Assembly (NCBI GenBank): GCA_963769935.1
Contig: CAVYNY010000022.1
Span: forward strand, 512,001-576,000
Direction of reading: 5' to 3'
Length of the DNA: 64,000 bases
Source of the DNA: an uncultured delta proteobacterium
GTDB taxonomy: Bacteria; Desulfobacterota; Desulfobacteria; Desulfobacterales; JAFDCJ01
Shown: positions 19,349-29,661 of the stretch, one piece after another
How positions within the stretch are numbered: the stretch's first letter is position 1
Layout of the letters: every line of letters starts with the position of its first letter
Position numbers and translations under genes: made by a program
The notes under the pieces: generated by a model
Seen by the model: the letters and a program-made list of their open reading frames with translations, nothing else
What the model was told of the DNA's origin: nothing
Database searches by the model: none

Positions 19349-22003
19349 TTACTGGCAGATATCTTTTTGATCCACGTTGTAGGGCGTCGTCATATCGAAC
19401 CAGGTGTCGGAAGGCTTGGTAAAAAGTTCCTTATTGTTCCGCTGCAGCTGGAGGCGGTCACTCTCGTCCATCTTGGCACGATAGAGGGTTTTTACGGTTT
19501 TTACATCTTCGATCGACAGATTTTTCACATCGCGCAGGTCGGCGCACCTCAGGTCCGCACCCGTCAATTTTGCATTATTGAAATCAGCCCCCTTAAAATC
19601 TGCCAATCCTAATTGCGCGTCCCTCAGATCCGCATCACCCAGGTTGGCATCCGTCAGAACGGCTTCACGAAAGTCGGCGCCGTGAAAATTCCCCTGCCTC
19701 AGATCGGCGAGTTCCAGGTTGGCACCGCGCAAGTCGGCTTTTCGAAAATCCGACTCCCGCAGCCTGGCGCCGCGCATTTCCGAATTGCGCAAATTGGCTT
19801 TGACCACAAACGCCTGATATATGTCGGCATACCGGAGATCCGTTTTTTGCAATAGGGCGCCTTCAATAGCGTTCAGGCGGTCTGATTCAGATTTTATCAA
19901 CCAGTAATTGTCCGGCAATTTAGAGACTTGCTGTTCCTTGAAGTCGAAAAATACATCGTAGCCGATCTTATGAAACAGCCATGGTACCAGGGCATGAACA
20001 TCTCCATACTTCTTAAGGTGGCGTTCGGGGGTTCCCTTGAAAACACCCAAAGACAGGGTCCAGACGGCCAGTGCGACCAGCACCACACAAATGATCCCGG
20101 AAATCTTTACCTGCTGTCTTAAACGCATGGTCCCCTGGCCTCCGGGTCTGGAGGAGCGGTAAAAAAGGACCGCCATCAAGATGGAAAGGGTTATAAAAAC
20201 GATGTGAAAAGCGGTGACCGTCCAGTCGCGCCGCAACAAATAATGCACCCACAATCCGATGAATACCGCCGGTACCGTAATCCAGGCCAGCACCTTCAGA
20301 CTCGCTATTTCCAGCCAGGCCGTCCAGGATCTGTTACCCGTAAATGCTTTCGGCTGGGATGACAATATCAGCACGAGACGCTGCAAGTGGAAAAGAAACC
20401 AGGCATAAATGCTGGTCATCACCAGCGGGGATACCAGGTAGAGCAGGTTGGTGGACATCCTGGTACCGATAATCGGCAGAGAAGTCGAATTGGTGGCCAA
20501 CGATACATCATCGGTGGTTGCGATCACCAGCCAGCCGTAAATGCACGCATAGACACAAACCAGAAAAGAGATGATGAACATCTTGTTCGTCTTTTGTTTC
20601 TTAACACTTTGTTCCAGGAAACCCATGGCCAGGTTGAACTTCGTGTCGTAGCGGCCGGCCCATTCGACACTGGGTTGTTGCTGCCGCTGCCAGTCCAGGG
20701 CCACCTGCAGGTCGGCTTCCTTGTACAGGCCTGCTTTGCCGCCGGCGTTCAGTTCGGCACTTTGAGCCAGTCTTTGGTATATCCGGGCGGACTCGGCTTC
20801 CTGGTCCACCCAATCGGCCAGGGTTTTCCACTGCCGAATCAGGCTTTCGTGGGAGATATCCACCAGCGGGTCATCGGTGGAGGTTCGATATGAAAGCACC
20901 AGAAAGTTACGGTTCTCGGCATTGAAACGCTTGATCAGCGACATGATTGTTTCCGGCACCACCTTTTTGCCGCAGATGGCTGCGATCTGGCTCAGATGGG
21001 CGGGCCGCCGGATGCGCCGGTTGGAGGCATCGGTCTCGGTGAGGGCCTGAAACATGCGCCTTGCGATCAGGCGGTATTCCTCATCCAGATCTTTCAGCGC
21101 TTCGTCCGCATGCAAACACAGTGAATTTTTAAGGGTACCCGATCTTTCGTAATGGTCGAGATCGATCGCTCCCCGGCCGCCGTCTTCGGCCCATACATTC
21201 CACGTCCGCATGAGCACGTGTTGCAGCACCGGCAGGTCGTCCCGGGTGTCGAGGCTTTCGTTCAGCAGACGGTCCATGAGGCGGGAGGTAATATCGGCCC
21301 CGGCCAGCCGGATGGGGCCAAGGAAGGCTTCCCGGCGTTGTTGGCGGGTCAGACGCGGAACTAAATACTGACTGTTGTTCATGGCTTCCGGCAGCCCCTG
21401 GAAGGCGTCACATTCGCCCAGAAAATCCGACCGCATGGTCAGTACGACATAAATGGGAACCACGGTCTGTTCCGCCAGATACAGCAAGATGGAAACGAAA
21501 TCAGCCGACTCCTCCCGCACCCGGGTCGTTCTGGCCTGCTGAAAGCGAAACAACTCTTCAAACTGATCCACCACGATCAACAGGTTGCTGTCCTCACCAT
21601 TGCGAGTAGACTGAGCCAGCTCGATAAGCGCTTGCGCCCCCCGGCGTTGAACCGTTTCCATTAAGGATTCGACGGCAGCAGAGAGATTTGGAGACTCAGT
21701 CAGGGAAGCTACGGACGCGACCAGATGGTAAAGCGGCGCATCGCCCGGCTTGAAGGTCGCGATTTCCCACAAATCCCGGTCCTGCACCAGAAAACCCGCT
21801 TCCAGGTTGGGAATGAGTCCCGCCCGCACCAAAGAGGACTTGCCGCAGCCGGAACTGCCCACCACGGCCACAAATCGATGCGCGTACAATTGCCTCAGAA
21901 GGGCGTGGGTTTGTTCCTTGCGCCCGAAATAGTAAATGCTGTCTCGGCTTTCAAAGGGCCGCAGACCGACAAATGGGTTATGCACGGCGGCAGCGCGATT
22001 CAT
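19349..22003 (-). CDS. nSTAND1-type NTPase with about 5 TM helices and pentapeptide repeats
   Basis: NPFVGLRPF, Walker A GSSGCGKSS, Walker B LIVVDQFEELF, VDISHESLIRQW; ADLRG/ANLEL/ADLRQ repeats. Confidence 0.9.
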   Translation of the reverse strand: MNRAAAVHNPFVGLRPFESRDSIYYFGRKEQTHALLRQLYAHRFVAVVGSSGCGKSSLVRAGLIPNLEAGFLVQDRDLWEIATFKPGDAPLYHLVASVASLTESPNLSAAVESLMETVQRRGAQALIELAQSTRNGEDSNLLIVVDQFEELFRFQQARTTRVREESADFVSILLYLAEQTVVPIYVVLTMRSDFLGECDAFQGLPEAMNNSQYLVPRLTRQQRREAFLGPIRLAGADITSRLMDRLLNESLDTRDDLPVLQHVLMRTWNVWAEDGGRGAIDLDHYERSGTLKNSLCLHADEALKDLDEEYRLIARRMFQALTETDASNRRIRRPAHLSQIAAICGKKVVPETIMSLIKRFNAENRNFLVLSYRTSTDDPLVDISHESLIRQWKTLADWVDQEAESARIYQRLAQSAELNAGGKAGLYKEADLQVALDWQRQQQPSVEWAGRYDTKFNLAMGFLEQSVKKQKTNKMFIISFLVCVYACIYGWLVIATTDDVSLATNSTSLPIIGTRMSTNLLYLVSPLVMTSIYAWFLFHLQRLVLILSSQPKAFTGNRSWTAWLEIASLKVLAWITVPAVFIGLWVHYLLRRDWTVTAFHIVFITLSILMAVLFYRSSRPGGQGTMRLRQQVKISGIICVVLVALAVWTLSLGVFKGTPERHLKKYGDVHALVPWLFHKIGYDVFFDFKEQQVSKLPDNYWLIKSESDRLNAIEGALLQKTDLRYADIYQAFVVKANLRNSEMRGARLRESDFRKADLRGANLELADLRQGNFHGADFREAVLTDANLGDADLRDAQLGLADFKGADFNNAKLTGADLRCADLRDVKNLSIEDVKTVKTLYRAKMDESDRLQLQRNNKELFTKPSDTWFDMTTPYNVDQKDICQ

Positions 22004-23496
22004 TAGCCAACTCCGGCCGCAAGGAGTCGGGCGGTAATTCGGGGGTCGATGCGATCTGACTGGCTGTTATCCAGAATGTCGATGTGGATCAGGGGAGGGA
22101 AGGCGGGCAGGTCCGGCCGGCCTGTGCTGAGGGGCGCCAGGAACAACCAGATATGTTCGAGGCTGGATCGATTTTCAAATTCAAATTGTTCCGAGATTAC
22201 CTTGAAAGCCTTTTTGATGCGTCCAATCAGCCAGGCGGGTCCGACCTTGCCGCAAACCAAAACCAGGTTCTTCACATTCTTCACGGAATGCTCGAATTTG
22301 ATGAGGCTGACGGTGGGATCTTGGGACTCATGGTTGAAATCGACTTCAGCCCCCTTTTCCATAAGAAAATCGGCCAGTTTAAAGGCATAGCGCTGGTCCT
22401 TCTGGTGGGTGTCGATGAGATAGCTCGGGTGCCTGGCCGGGTCGTTGGTTTGCTGCCGAATCTGATCAATGCGGTCACGCACCAGACTCACGAAATCGCT
22501 TTGCAGACATTTGACAAACTCATACTGCCCCAGCGTTCTGGGTCTGGTTTCGCAATTTTGAAGAAACCGGCGCTGTGCTTCGTCTTCGACGGTGGCGATG
22601 TCCAGATCGGAGGGCACCCAAACCAGCTGCTGAATTGACTGTTTGAAGGCAATTTCGTGCTGCTCGCGGGGATAGGTGGTTTCTTTGCGATCTACGATTT
22701 TCCTTCCCGGCCACTGGTTCAGCAGATGAATGGAAAACCGCGCCCGAGCCAGCGACTGGCTCAAGGTGTCGGCATGGGCGGCCGCATCCATGGGAGGCGG
22801 AATCTCCGTGGCTACCTCCACCTTTTTTTGTTGAGCTTCGGCGATGATGCGCTCCTTGAAGTCCTGCAGCGCGTCCGGCACATCGGCCATAAAGATGGAT
22901 ATTTGTTCGGCCTGGGGAATATCTTCGGCCTGGACCAGGGACGCCGGCGTCATTTTATGGATGCAGTCTTCGATCGCATCCACGATGGGCCGTAGCTGCT
23001 TTTCAAAAGTGCTGTCGTTCGGTGAGGTAAAATCACCCGGGTTTTCATCGGATTCGGCATCGTTCATGGGGAATCCGCTGGCACCCTGAAATTCCGCAGG
23101 CCAGTTCTGATGCGGGATATTGTGAAGCAGGATGTTGAAAAGGCGAGATGAGTCGCCTATCTGTAAGCCGCCGCTTTGGCGGCCATGGGATTGGTAAAAC
23201 CGGTGCAGTTCCTTGCGGCAATAGTCCGACTGAAGGTAGTTGTGTGAGGTTAGGGCCAGGAAGACGGCAGATCCATCTAAAGCGTTTTGGATGGCGTCGT
23301 CAAACACGGTATTGCCGCGCATTCGTTTTTTATCACGCCAGATTCGAAGATCCGTCAGCCCCCGGCGTTTGTTGAGCCAGTTATACAGCCAGTCTTCAAA
23401 AACGTCCACCCAGCCCGGACGCCCGCCAAATCCATAATTGTCGTTATGGGCATAGCTGATGAAGATATCGTGATTGTAACCAGGTACCTGTGCCAT
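22003..23496 (-). CDS. TIR-domain protein with two further TIR/Rossmann-like modules
   Basis: DIFISYAHND, RIWRDKKR, YLQSDYCRKEL; stop overlaps the STAND start (TAATG). Confidence 0.88.
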   Translation of the reverse strand: MAQVPGYNHDIFISYAHNDNYGFGGRPGWVDVFEDWLYNWLNKRRGLTDLRIWRDKKRMRGNTVFDDAIQNALDGSAVFLALTSHNYLQSDYCRKELHRFYQSHGRQSGGLQIGDSSRLFNILLHNIPHQNWPAEFQGASGFPMNDAESDENPGDFTSPNDSTFEKQLRPIVDAIEDCIHKMTPASLVQAEDIPQAEQISIFMADVPDALQDFKERIIAEAQQKKVEVATEIPPPMDAAAHADTLSQSLARARFSIHLLNQWPGRKIVDRKETTYPREQHEIAFKQSIQQLVWVPSDLDIATVEDEAQRRFLQNCETRPRTLGQYEFVKCLQSDFVSLVRDRIDQIRQQTNDPARHPSYLIDTHQKDQRYAFKLADFLMEKGAEVDFNHESQDPTVSLIKFEHSVKNVKNLVLVCGKVGPAWLIGRIKKAFKVISEQFEFENRSSLEHIWLFLAPLSTGRPDLPAFPPLIHIDILDNSQSDRIDPRITARLLAAGVG

Positions 23497-23662
23497 GGTG
23501 TTTGACTATCTGCAAGATATTTAAACCTGAATTGGGTGATCTGCTGCGCTTCCCGGGCCGTCTTTTAGCACGCTCGGATTCGCAAAGAGAAATCTGCATT
23601 TGAAGAATACTTTTAGTATAAGTCCTTGAAAATAAAAATCAAGCTGGAAGAAGACAAAGGAA

Positions 23663-23752
23663 ATGTTCGTTACCATTTTATTCGGGATTCTGAACCGCAC
23701 CACGCAACGGTTCTCGTACGCGCGCGCCGGACACGAGCCTCCAATTTTCTTT
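23663..23752 (+). pseudogene. Fragment of SpoIIE/RsbU-type PP2C phosphatase
   Basis: MFVTILFGILN..FSYARAGHEPP; rest of the gene is absent. Confidence 0.65.
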
Positions 23753-23871
23753 GGGGGGAAATACATGATCCAACCTATTGACAAGCATGATGAACAGACC
23801 CATCCTCAACTGTCGGAGCAGCTGGTCCGCTCCAAGCTAAAATTATTTATGCTTTACCGTCAAAAATGTCG

Positions 23872-24083
23872 ATCAATCACATCCAGCCCGGTCCCGTTGA
23901 AACCGATATGAACCCTGCCACAAGCGATTTTGCCAAGATGCCGGTGCAGCAAGTGATGGCGATTCCCGCTACGGGACCGGCGATGAAATCGCTTCGCTGG
24001 CGGCCTATTTGGCAAGCTCCGAGGCAACCTATGTGACAGTTGCCAGCCTGAGCATTGACGGCGGATTTACCGCGCGACCGTAA
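23872..24083 (+). pseudogene. C-terminal fragment of SDR oxidoreductase
   Basis: INHIQPGPVETDMNP, frameshift, then GDEIASLAAYLASSEATYVTVASLSIDGGF. Confidence 0.7.
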
Positions 24084-24114
24084 AAGCAGCCGCCGCCAAG
24101 GGGGGGGACAGGTT

Positions 24115-25089
24115 ATGAAAAAAATTCCTGCAACCCATGAGCCCGGGCGGACACGGCCGATGAGAGCGGTGCGAGTCCACCGGTTCGGCGGTCTTGAAAC
24201 GATCGTGTATGAGGAAGTGTCACGACCCGTCCCGGGGGAGGGACAGGTGTTGGTCCGAGTGAAAGCGGCGGGAGTCGGACCATGGGATGCCTGGGTGCGG
24301 TCCGGCAAAAGCGCACTTCCTCAGCCGCTGCCGTTAATTCTCGGATCCGACCTGTCGGGTACCGTCGAGGAGGTCGGGACGGGCGTTTCCGGCTTCCAAC
24401 CCGGCGCTGAAATATTCGGAGTGACGAATTCACGGTTCACCGGCGCCTATGCCGAGTACGCCGTCGCCGATGTCGGCATGATCGCGGCCAAACCGGTTCG
24501 GCTCAGTTACGTTGAGGCGGCCTCCGTCCCGGTCGTGGCAAGCACGGCCTCACAGATGGTGTTCGATCACGGACGGGTGGACGGCACGAAACGGGTTCTC
24601 GTGCACGGCGCCGCCGGCAATGTCGGTGCCTATGCGGTGCAGCTCGCGAAGCGAGCCGAAGCCGAAGTCATCGCTACGGCGTTCAGCCGCAGTGTTGATT
24701 ATGTCCGCAGCCTGGGTGCCGACCGGGTAATCGACGTACAAACAGATAAATTCGAGGAGCGCGTGAAGGATGCCGATGTCATTATTGACACGGTCGGCGG
24801 CGAGACCCTCGACCGATCTTTCGAAATTCTCAAGTCCGGGGGCGTCCTCGTGTCGTCGGTCGCCATGCCCGATCAGGCCAAAGCCGCGCAGCACCGCGTC
24901 CACGGCGTGTTTTTTCTTGTAGCCGTCACATCCGAAGGTTTGACCCGGATTGCCGGCCTGCTGGATTCGGACCAACTTACAACCAATGTCGGTGAGGTGC
25001 TGCCGCTCGCCGAAGCGAGGCTGGCACACGCGATGCTGGCCGGCAAGCCCCACAAGCGGGGCAAAATCGTCTTGATCGTGGATGGATGA
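24115..25089 (+). CDS. NADP-dependent oxidoreductase (MDR, quinone oxidoreductase-like)
   Basis: PLILGSDLSG, VLVHGAAGNVG, GKIVL; no Zn-binding Cys cluster. Confidence 0.9.
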   Translation: MKKIPATHEPGRTRPMRAVRVHRFGGLETIVYEEVSRPVPGEGQVLVRVKAAGVGPWDAWVRSGKSALPQPLPLILGSDLSGTVEEVGTGVSGFQPGAEIFGVTNSRFTGAYAEYAVADVGMIAAKPVRLSYVEAASVPVVASTASQMVFDHGRVDGTKRVLVHGAAGNVGAYAVQLAKRAEAEVIATAFSRSVDYVRSLGADRVIDVQTDKFEERVKDADVIIDTVGGETLDRSFEILKSGGVLVSSVAMPDQAKAAQHRVHGVFFLVAVTSEGLTRIAGLLDSDQLTTNVGEVLPLAEARLAHAMLAGKPHKRGKIVLIVDG

Positions 25090-25176
25090 GGTTCGCAAGT
25101 AAAATCAGCCAAACTATGAATAAAGTCAGGACAAAGGACGGCACGTAAATCCAAATTAAAATGACACGGGGCTGAA

Positions 25177-25887
25177 ATGGAAAATCTTGATGGATCAGAG
25201 CGGGTGATGGTGATTAGTCCTCATCCGGATGATGTGGATTTCGGGTGCAGCGGGACCATAGCCAAGTGGAGCCGCCTGGGAGTGGACATTACGTATGTCA
25301 TCTGCACGAGCGGGGATAAGGGAACAGACTTGCCGATGAGCGCCGCGAGTCGATCGCAAGCATAAGGGAAAAGGAGCAATTGGCTGCGGCGGAAATCGTT
25401 GGGGTGCCGCAAGGTTATCTTTCTTCGTTTGAAGGACGGTGAACTCGAGAATAATCGAGAATTCAGGAAGATGCTCGTTCGCGTACTGCGACAGTATCGT
25501 CCCGATATCGTTTTGGCCATGGATCCTGCGAACCTTCGTTTTGAGAACGTATACGTGAGCCACTCCGACCATCGGGCCGGCGCCCTGGCCGCATTTGACG
25601 CAATCTATCCGGCGGCAAGAAATCGGAATTTTTTTCCCGAGCTCCTGGAAGAGGGATTGTCGCCGCATGCGGTCAACAGGATCTATTTCTTCGGAACCGC
25701 CGATCCGAATACCTGGATCGATATCAGTGAAACCATAGAAATCAAGATCGAGGCCCTGCGGGCCCACAAAAGCCAGGTGGAAGCATTCGAAGACTTGAGC
25801 GCCTGGGTGAGAGAGCGATTCGGGCAGTATGGGAAAGAGAAGGGGGTTGCCTATGCCGAGACCTTCCGGCATCTTGTCATCATGTGA
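25177..25887 (+). CDS. PIG-L/LmbE family deacetylase, frameshift near 25350
   Basis: SPHPDDVDFG in 25177-25365; HSDHR and KIEALRAHKSQ in 25399-25887. Confidence 0.85.
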
Positions 25888-25993
25888 ACGGCTGTCGGCC
25901 AAACAGTCAGGCCGGCGAGAGCACCGGAAGAGAACAGGGGTTCTCTCCCCGACTCCGGAAAGACCGGTATTTCACAAATTTTATTGGAGCTAA

Positions 25994-26386
25994 TCATCCC
26001 AGCCTAGGACTCAGCCACAACGGATCGTCATGCTGAGCCAGATACCAGTTGGTGCGTCGATCCGTCTGTACTTCCCACCGGTTTTGGAGCAGTTGCTCGT
26101 AGTTCTGGCGAGTTCCCTTATAATAGCATCGGCAGCCCGCCGCATCCGCCCAGAGGTAAACCTCCCGATCCTTGATCATGGCCCTTACAACCTGTTTCTG
26201 AGGGATGCCGCTGATGCGTTCGATCTTTGCCGGCGTGTCCGCCATCTTCAGCTGGAACCCGGCTGCTGCGAGGGCTTCCTCGGCTTGCAAAGTTTTGTTC
26301 ACATGCTTCCCGGCACAGCCGGAAAGCGCCATAAACAATCCCGGCGCCAGGATCAAAAGGATTCGTATGCGCTTAACCCATTCCAT
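25994..26386 (-). CDS. Putative lipoprotein
   Basis: Signal peptide with lipobox LSGC. Confidence 0.7.
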   Translation of the reverse strand: MEWVKRIRILLILAPGLFMALSGCAGKHVNKTLQAEEALAAAGFQLKMADTPAKIERISGIPQKQVVRAMIKDREVYLWADAAGCRCYYKGTRQNYEQLLQNRWEVQTDRRTNWYLAQHDDPLWLSPRLG

Positions 26387-26563
26387 TTATTGCCCTCCTT
26401 TTAGCCGATCCGGCCAAGACCCTGCAAAGGTGAACCGCTGTAACTCAAGCGTTTCCTGGTTTGCGACCGCCCCTCAGGGATTACATACTTCGAACGTCGC
26501 CTCGTAAAAAGCCCAATACGTTCATATATCAACCCACTAACAAAGAGTCAATCATACTGTTTT

Positions 26564-26654
26564 ACCGTCATTGCTGCAGATCCCGGGTCGAGTCCGGGAG
26601 GAATCCGGAAAATTCAAGATGTTCTGGATGCCGGATCGAGTCCGGCATGACGGT
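26564..26654. repeat. REP-like palindromic element
   Basis: ACCGTCAT...ATGACGGT ends enclosing two hairpins (CCCGGGTCGAGTCCGGG, GCCGGATCGAGTCCGGC). Confidence 0.65.
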
Positions 26655-26802
26655 TCGAGTATTTTTTTAGGACCCAATCAAGTTTGAATATAAACAAAGC
26701 GGCTTCTGAAATTTTTTGTAGCCGCAATCTTTTGGGGGGTGGTCTGAAGGATCAAAAAACAATCAAAAAGCAGACTCGGATGTAGCATGGCTAAAAAAAT
26801 GC

Positions 26803-26831
26803 TTGACAAGAAATACCGATCGGTATATTTT
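26803..26831 (+). promoter_or_regulatory. Sigma70-type promoter with TetR-like operator in the spacer
   Basis: TTGACA-17 bp-TATTTT; perfect palindrome ATACCGATCGGTAT at 26813-26826. Confidence 0.6.
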
Positions 26832-26855
26832 AGACGGTTACAAGGGAGAAACAGT

Positions 26856-27040
26856 ATGAACACACTAAAACTGAGCGGTCTTGAAATACTGGAAAAATTC
26901 AAGGAAGGAGCTTTCCCTCACCCGACCATGGCGACCACCATTCCAAAGGGATGATCAAGAAAATCTGCCTGGAGGCCGGGGCCGATGATGTGGGGCTGGT
27001 GGATCTTGATCGGGAATCGCTCAGCAAGGAACGAGAAGGA
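26856..27040 (+). pseudogene. Two abutting gene fragments: PaaI-thioesterase-like N-terminus and QueG-like/4Fe-4S protein piece
   Basis: MNTLKLSGLEILEKFKEGAFPHPTMATTIP, then in another frame MIKKICLEAGADDVGLVDLDRESL. Confidence 0.45.
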
Positions 27041-27714
27041 TACTCAAGCCTCTAAAAGACCGTCAGGAGCGGGTATACGTTACGGCAGGCTCCAAGGCAG
27101 AGGCAAAGGCCAGGCGGAATACCAGTAAGGAGGTCACAATCGTGAAGGGAATGGCGCGATCGCTCCCGAAAAAATTGGGCGAAAACCAGTGACGCCAGAC
27201 TACTATGTAAAGTGAAAGCGATGCAGCCCGTGTATAATCAAGCTGCTCCTAATGCGGTCTTTTTGATTTGCTTCCCCATAGCCATTAACAACCTGGCTTC
27301 GCTCTCTAAAGTGAAATTCGGGTTCATTCGCATCACATTTTGGGCAGCCCACTGGGCATCGGCATGCCGGCCGGTAAGCTCGTACGCTGCGGGGAGCCCC
27401 TGCCAAGCTACATAGCTTGAAATGATTGAGGACTGCGATCGATGACCTCTTTAAATACCGGTATTGACGCGTCATATTGAGCATTTCCCACCAATAAAAA
27501 AATTCAGCTGCAGGCACACCTGTGAGCCATAATCAAACTGACCTGAAATTGCAATCCCGGCGCAATAAATTAAGATTGACAACAAAGCCGGCTTCCGCTA
27601 TCCGGATGGGTATTGGTTTCGTTGAATTGATGCCTCAATCTTTTTGGGCTGCAGCCGAAGCCGGAATACAATTCACCAATTTCGATTCAACCGCTTTAAA
27701 AAAGCAATTTCTTA

Positions 27715-29490
27715 GTGCGCCAAGCAAGCTTGGCGCTTCTTATGGAGTGAAAGTCTCCATCGGGTAAGGTTTAGCCAGCCACCCGTACCGCGTGTTGCGT
27801 GATTGGGAAGGATAGACATAGCGTCGAACGACCCACACGAAGCGTACACAGGGAATTCTATGGGCCGTAAGGAGGCTCGCACCCTCCTGAGGCGATTCAG
27901 CCTCGTCATTGCATGAGCAGGTGGCGACGATCTTAAGAAATCGGAAGCCTATACGAAGGGATCGATAAGACGGCGAGATCCTGGAGGGCCTGTCGGGGTC
28001 AGAGAGCATGGCACGTAGGAAGAGAAGCGTTAGGAACTTGGGAGACCCTTGCGTTTCCTGTTTGAACAGGTAGGGCTTTTCAACTAAATGAAGAGAGCCC
28101 GATGGGCGTGAGGGAGTCAGATCGTCTCATAGTACTCTGAGGCGGGAGAGCCGACCACATGGGGAAGGGGACGACGGATCTGTGTAGCTCGTAAAGGAAA
28201 CATGGCCCGGATAAGAAAGGCTGGATCAACCATGCAAACCTCACTGCGGGGAATATCGAGAAGGGCAGCAAAAGACAAAGAGCACCGGTTTGGCAATTTG
28301 TATGGATGTGTTGGACGAGAATTTTCTCAAGTGGTGTTTTTGGCAACTCAAAAGAGATGCCGCGCCTGGAGTCGATCGGGTGGATTTTTATGAATACCGG
28401 GAGAATCTGGACGAAAACATCGCGAATCTCGTCAAGCGTCTGAAACAAAAGAACTATCGAGCCAAGCTGGTCAGGAGACAGCTACATTCCCAAACTCAAT
28501 GGGAAACTGAGACCACTGGGGATTCCTGCTACGGACGACAAGGTGCTGCAATTTGCAGTGGCGAAGATTCTGGAAGCCATTTATGAAGAGGATTTTCTGG
28601 ATGTAAGTTACGGTTACAGACCGCGGACAGGTCCACAAGAGGCGGTACGGGAGCTGACCCGCAAGCTGCAGTTCGGAAGATTCTCACACATCGTTGAGGC
28701 CGATATCAAAAGCTTTTTCGACAATATCGATCATCATTGGATGATACGTATGCTCGAAGAACGCATCGATGATAGAGCGTTTCTGCGGCTGATTCAAAAA
28801 TGGCTGAAGGCGGGGATTCTGGATACCTGTGGTGAAGTGATCCACCCGGCAACGGGAACGCCTCAGGGGGGAATTGTATCTCCTATTTTAGCGAACGTGT
28901 ATCTTCATTATGCACTGGATCTATGGTTCGAGAAAAGAATCAAACGAGAGTGTAATGGAGAAGCACTGATCACCCGCTATGCGGATGATTTTGTATGTGC
29001 GTTTCAGTACCAACAGGATGCAGAGTTGTTTTATCAGCAGCTCAACGAACGTCTGGGAAAATTTGGCTTAGAGGTTTGCCCTGAGAAGACGAGGATTTTG
29101 CTGTTTAGCCGGAGTATGCTGAGACAAAGCGGAACATTCGACTTTTTAGGATTCGAGTTTCGCCGTGCGATCAGCCGAAAGTTCAAGTCGATCGTCCGAA
29201 GACGAACATCTCGGAAGAAACTCAGAGCCTCAATCGCCGCATTTACAGAATGGATAAAAAAGAATCGTAATAAGAAAATTTCCAAGCTGATGACAACCCT
29301 TAGAACCAAGTACCGCGGGTACTGGAACTATTATGGCGTTATCGGTAATTATGGCAGTTTGAAGACATTCTATTACCGGACAAGACGCATCCTGTTTAAA
29401 TGGCTCAACCGGCGCAGTCAAAGGTTGAGTTACAATTGGGCCGGATTCGGAGACCTGTTGAACCAGTTTTTGATACCGGCTCCGAAAATT
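27715..29490 (+). mobile_element. Group II intron, 5' part present, 3' domains V/VI not found
   Basis: GTGCG 5' end at 27715; typical motifs GGAACTTGGGAGACCC, GGAGTCAGATCGTCTCATAGTAC, GGGGAAGGGG; no GAGCCG-type domain V after the ORF. Confidence 0.8.
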
Positions 29491-29661
29491 TCTCTTTATC
29501 TTTCTGAACGAAGTCTCGGCAGAAGGCAACGCGCGACGAAACTACACTTGATCACCGCATACACACCGGAACAGATGCATATCGTTCTAAATCGGCTCGC
29601 ATCGAACTTGCGGTATGTCGTTTATAATCCTTATCCGCTTGTGAAAATCTTAGCAATATGA
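28232..29661 (+). CDS. ltrA: Group II intron reverse transcriptase/maturase without endonuclease domain; two +1 frameshifts near 28310 and 28482
   Basis: APGVD, YIPK..RPLGIP, GTPQGGIVSPILANVYLH, RYADDF, FDFLGF, domain X GYWNYY..WLNRRSQR. Confidence 0.9.

Noticed and set aside
27203..27517. ORF with CPKC, possible Zn-ribbon or NrdD-like tail
   Set aside because: Only a short CxxC similarity; too weak to call
28232..29661. Retron or DGR reverse transcriptase
   Set aside because: Has group II intron 5' RNA and domain X; no retron NAxxH/VTG motifs and no TR/VR repeat pair seen
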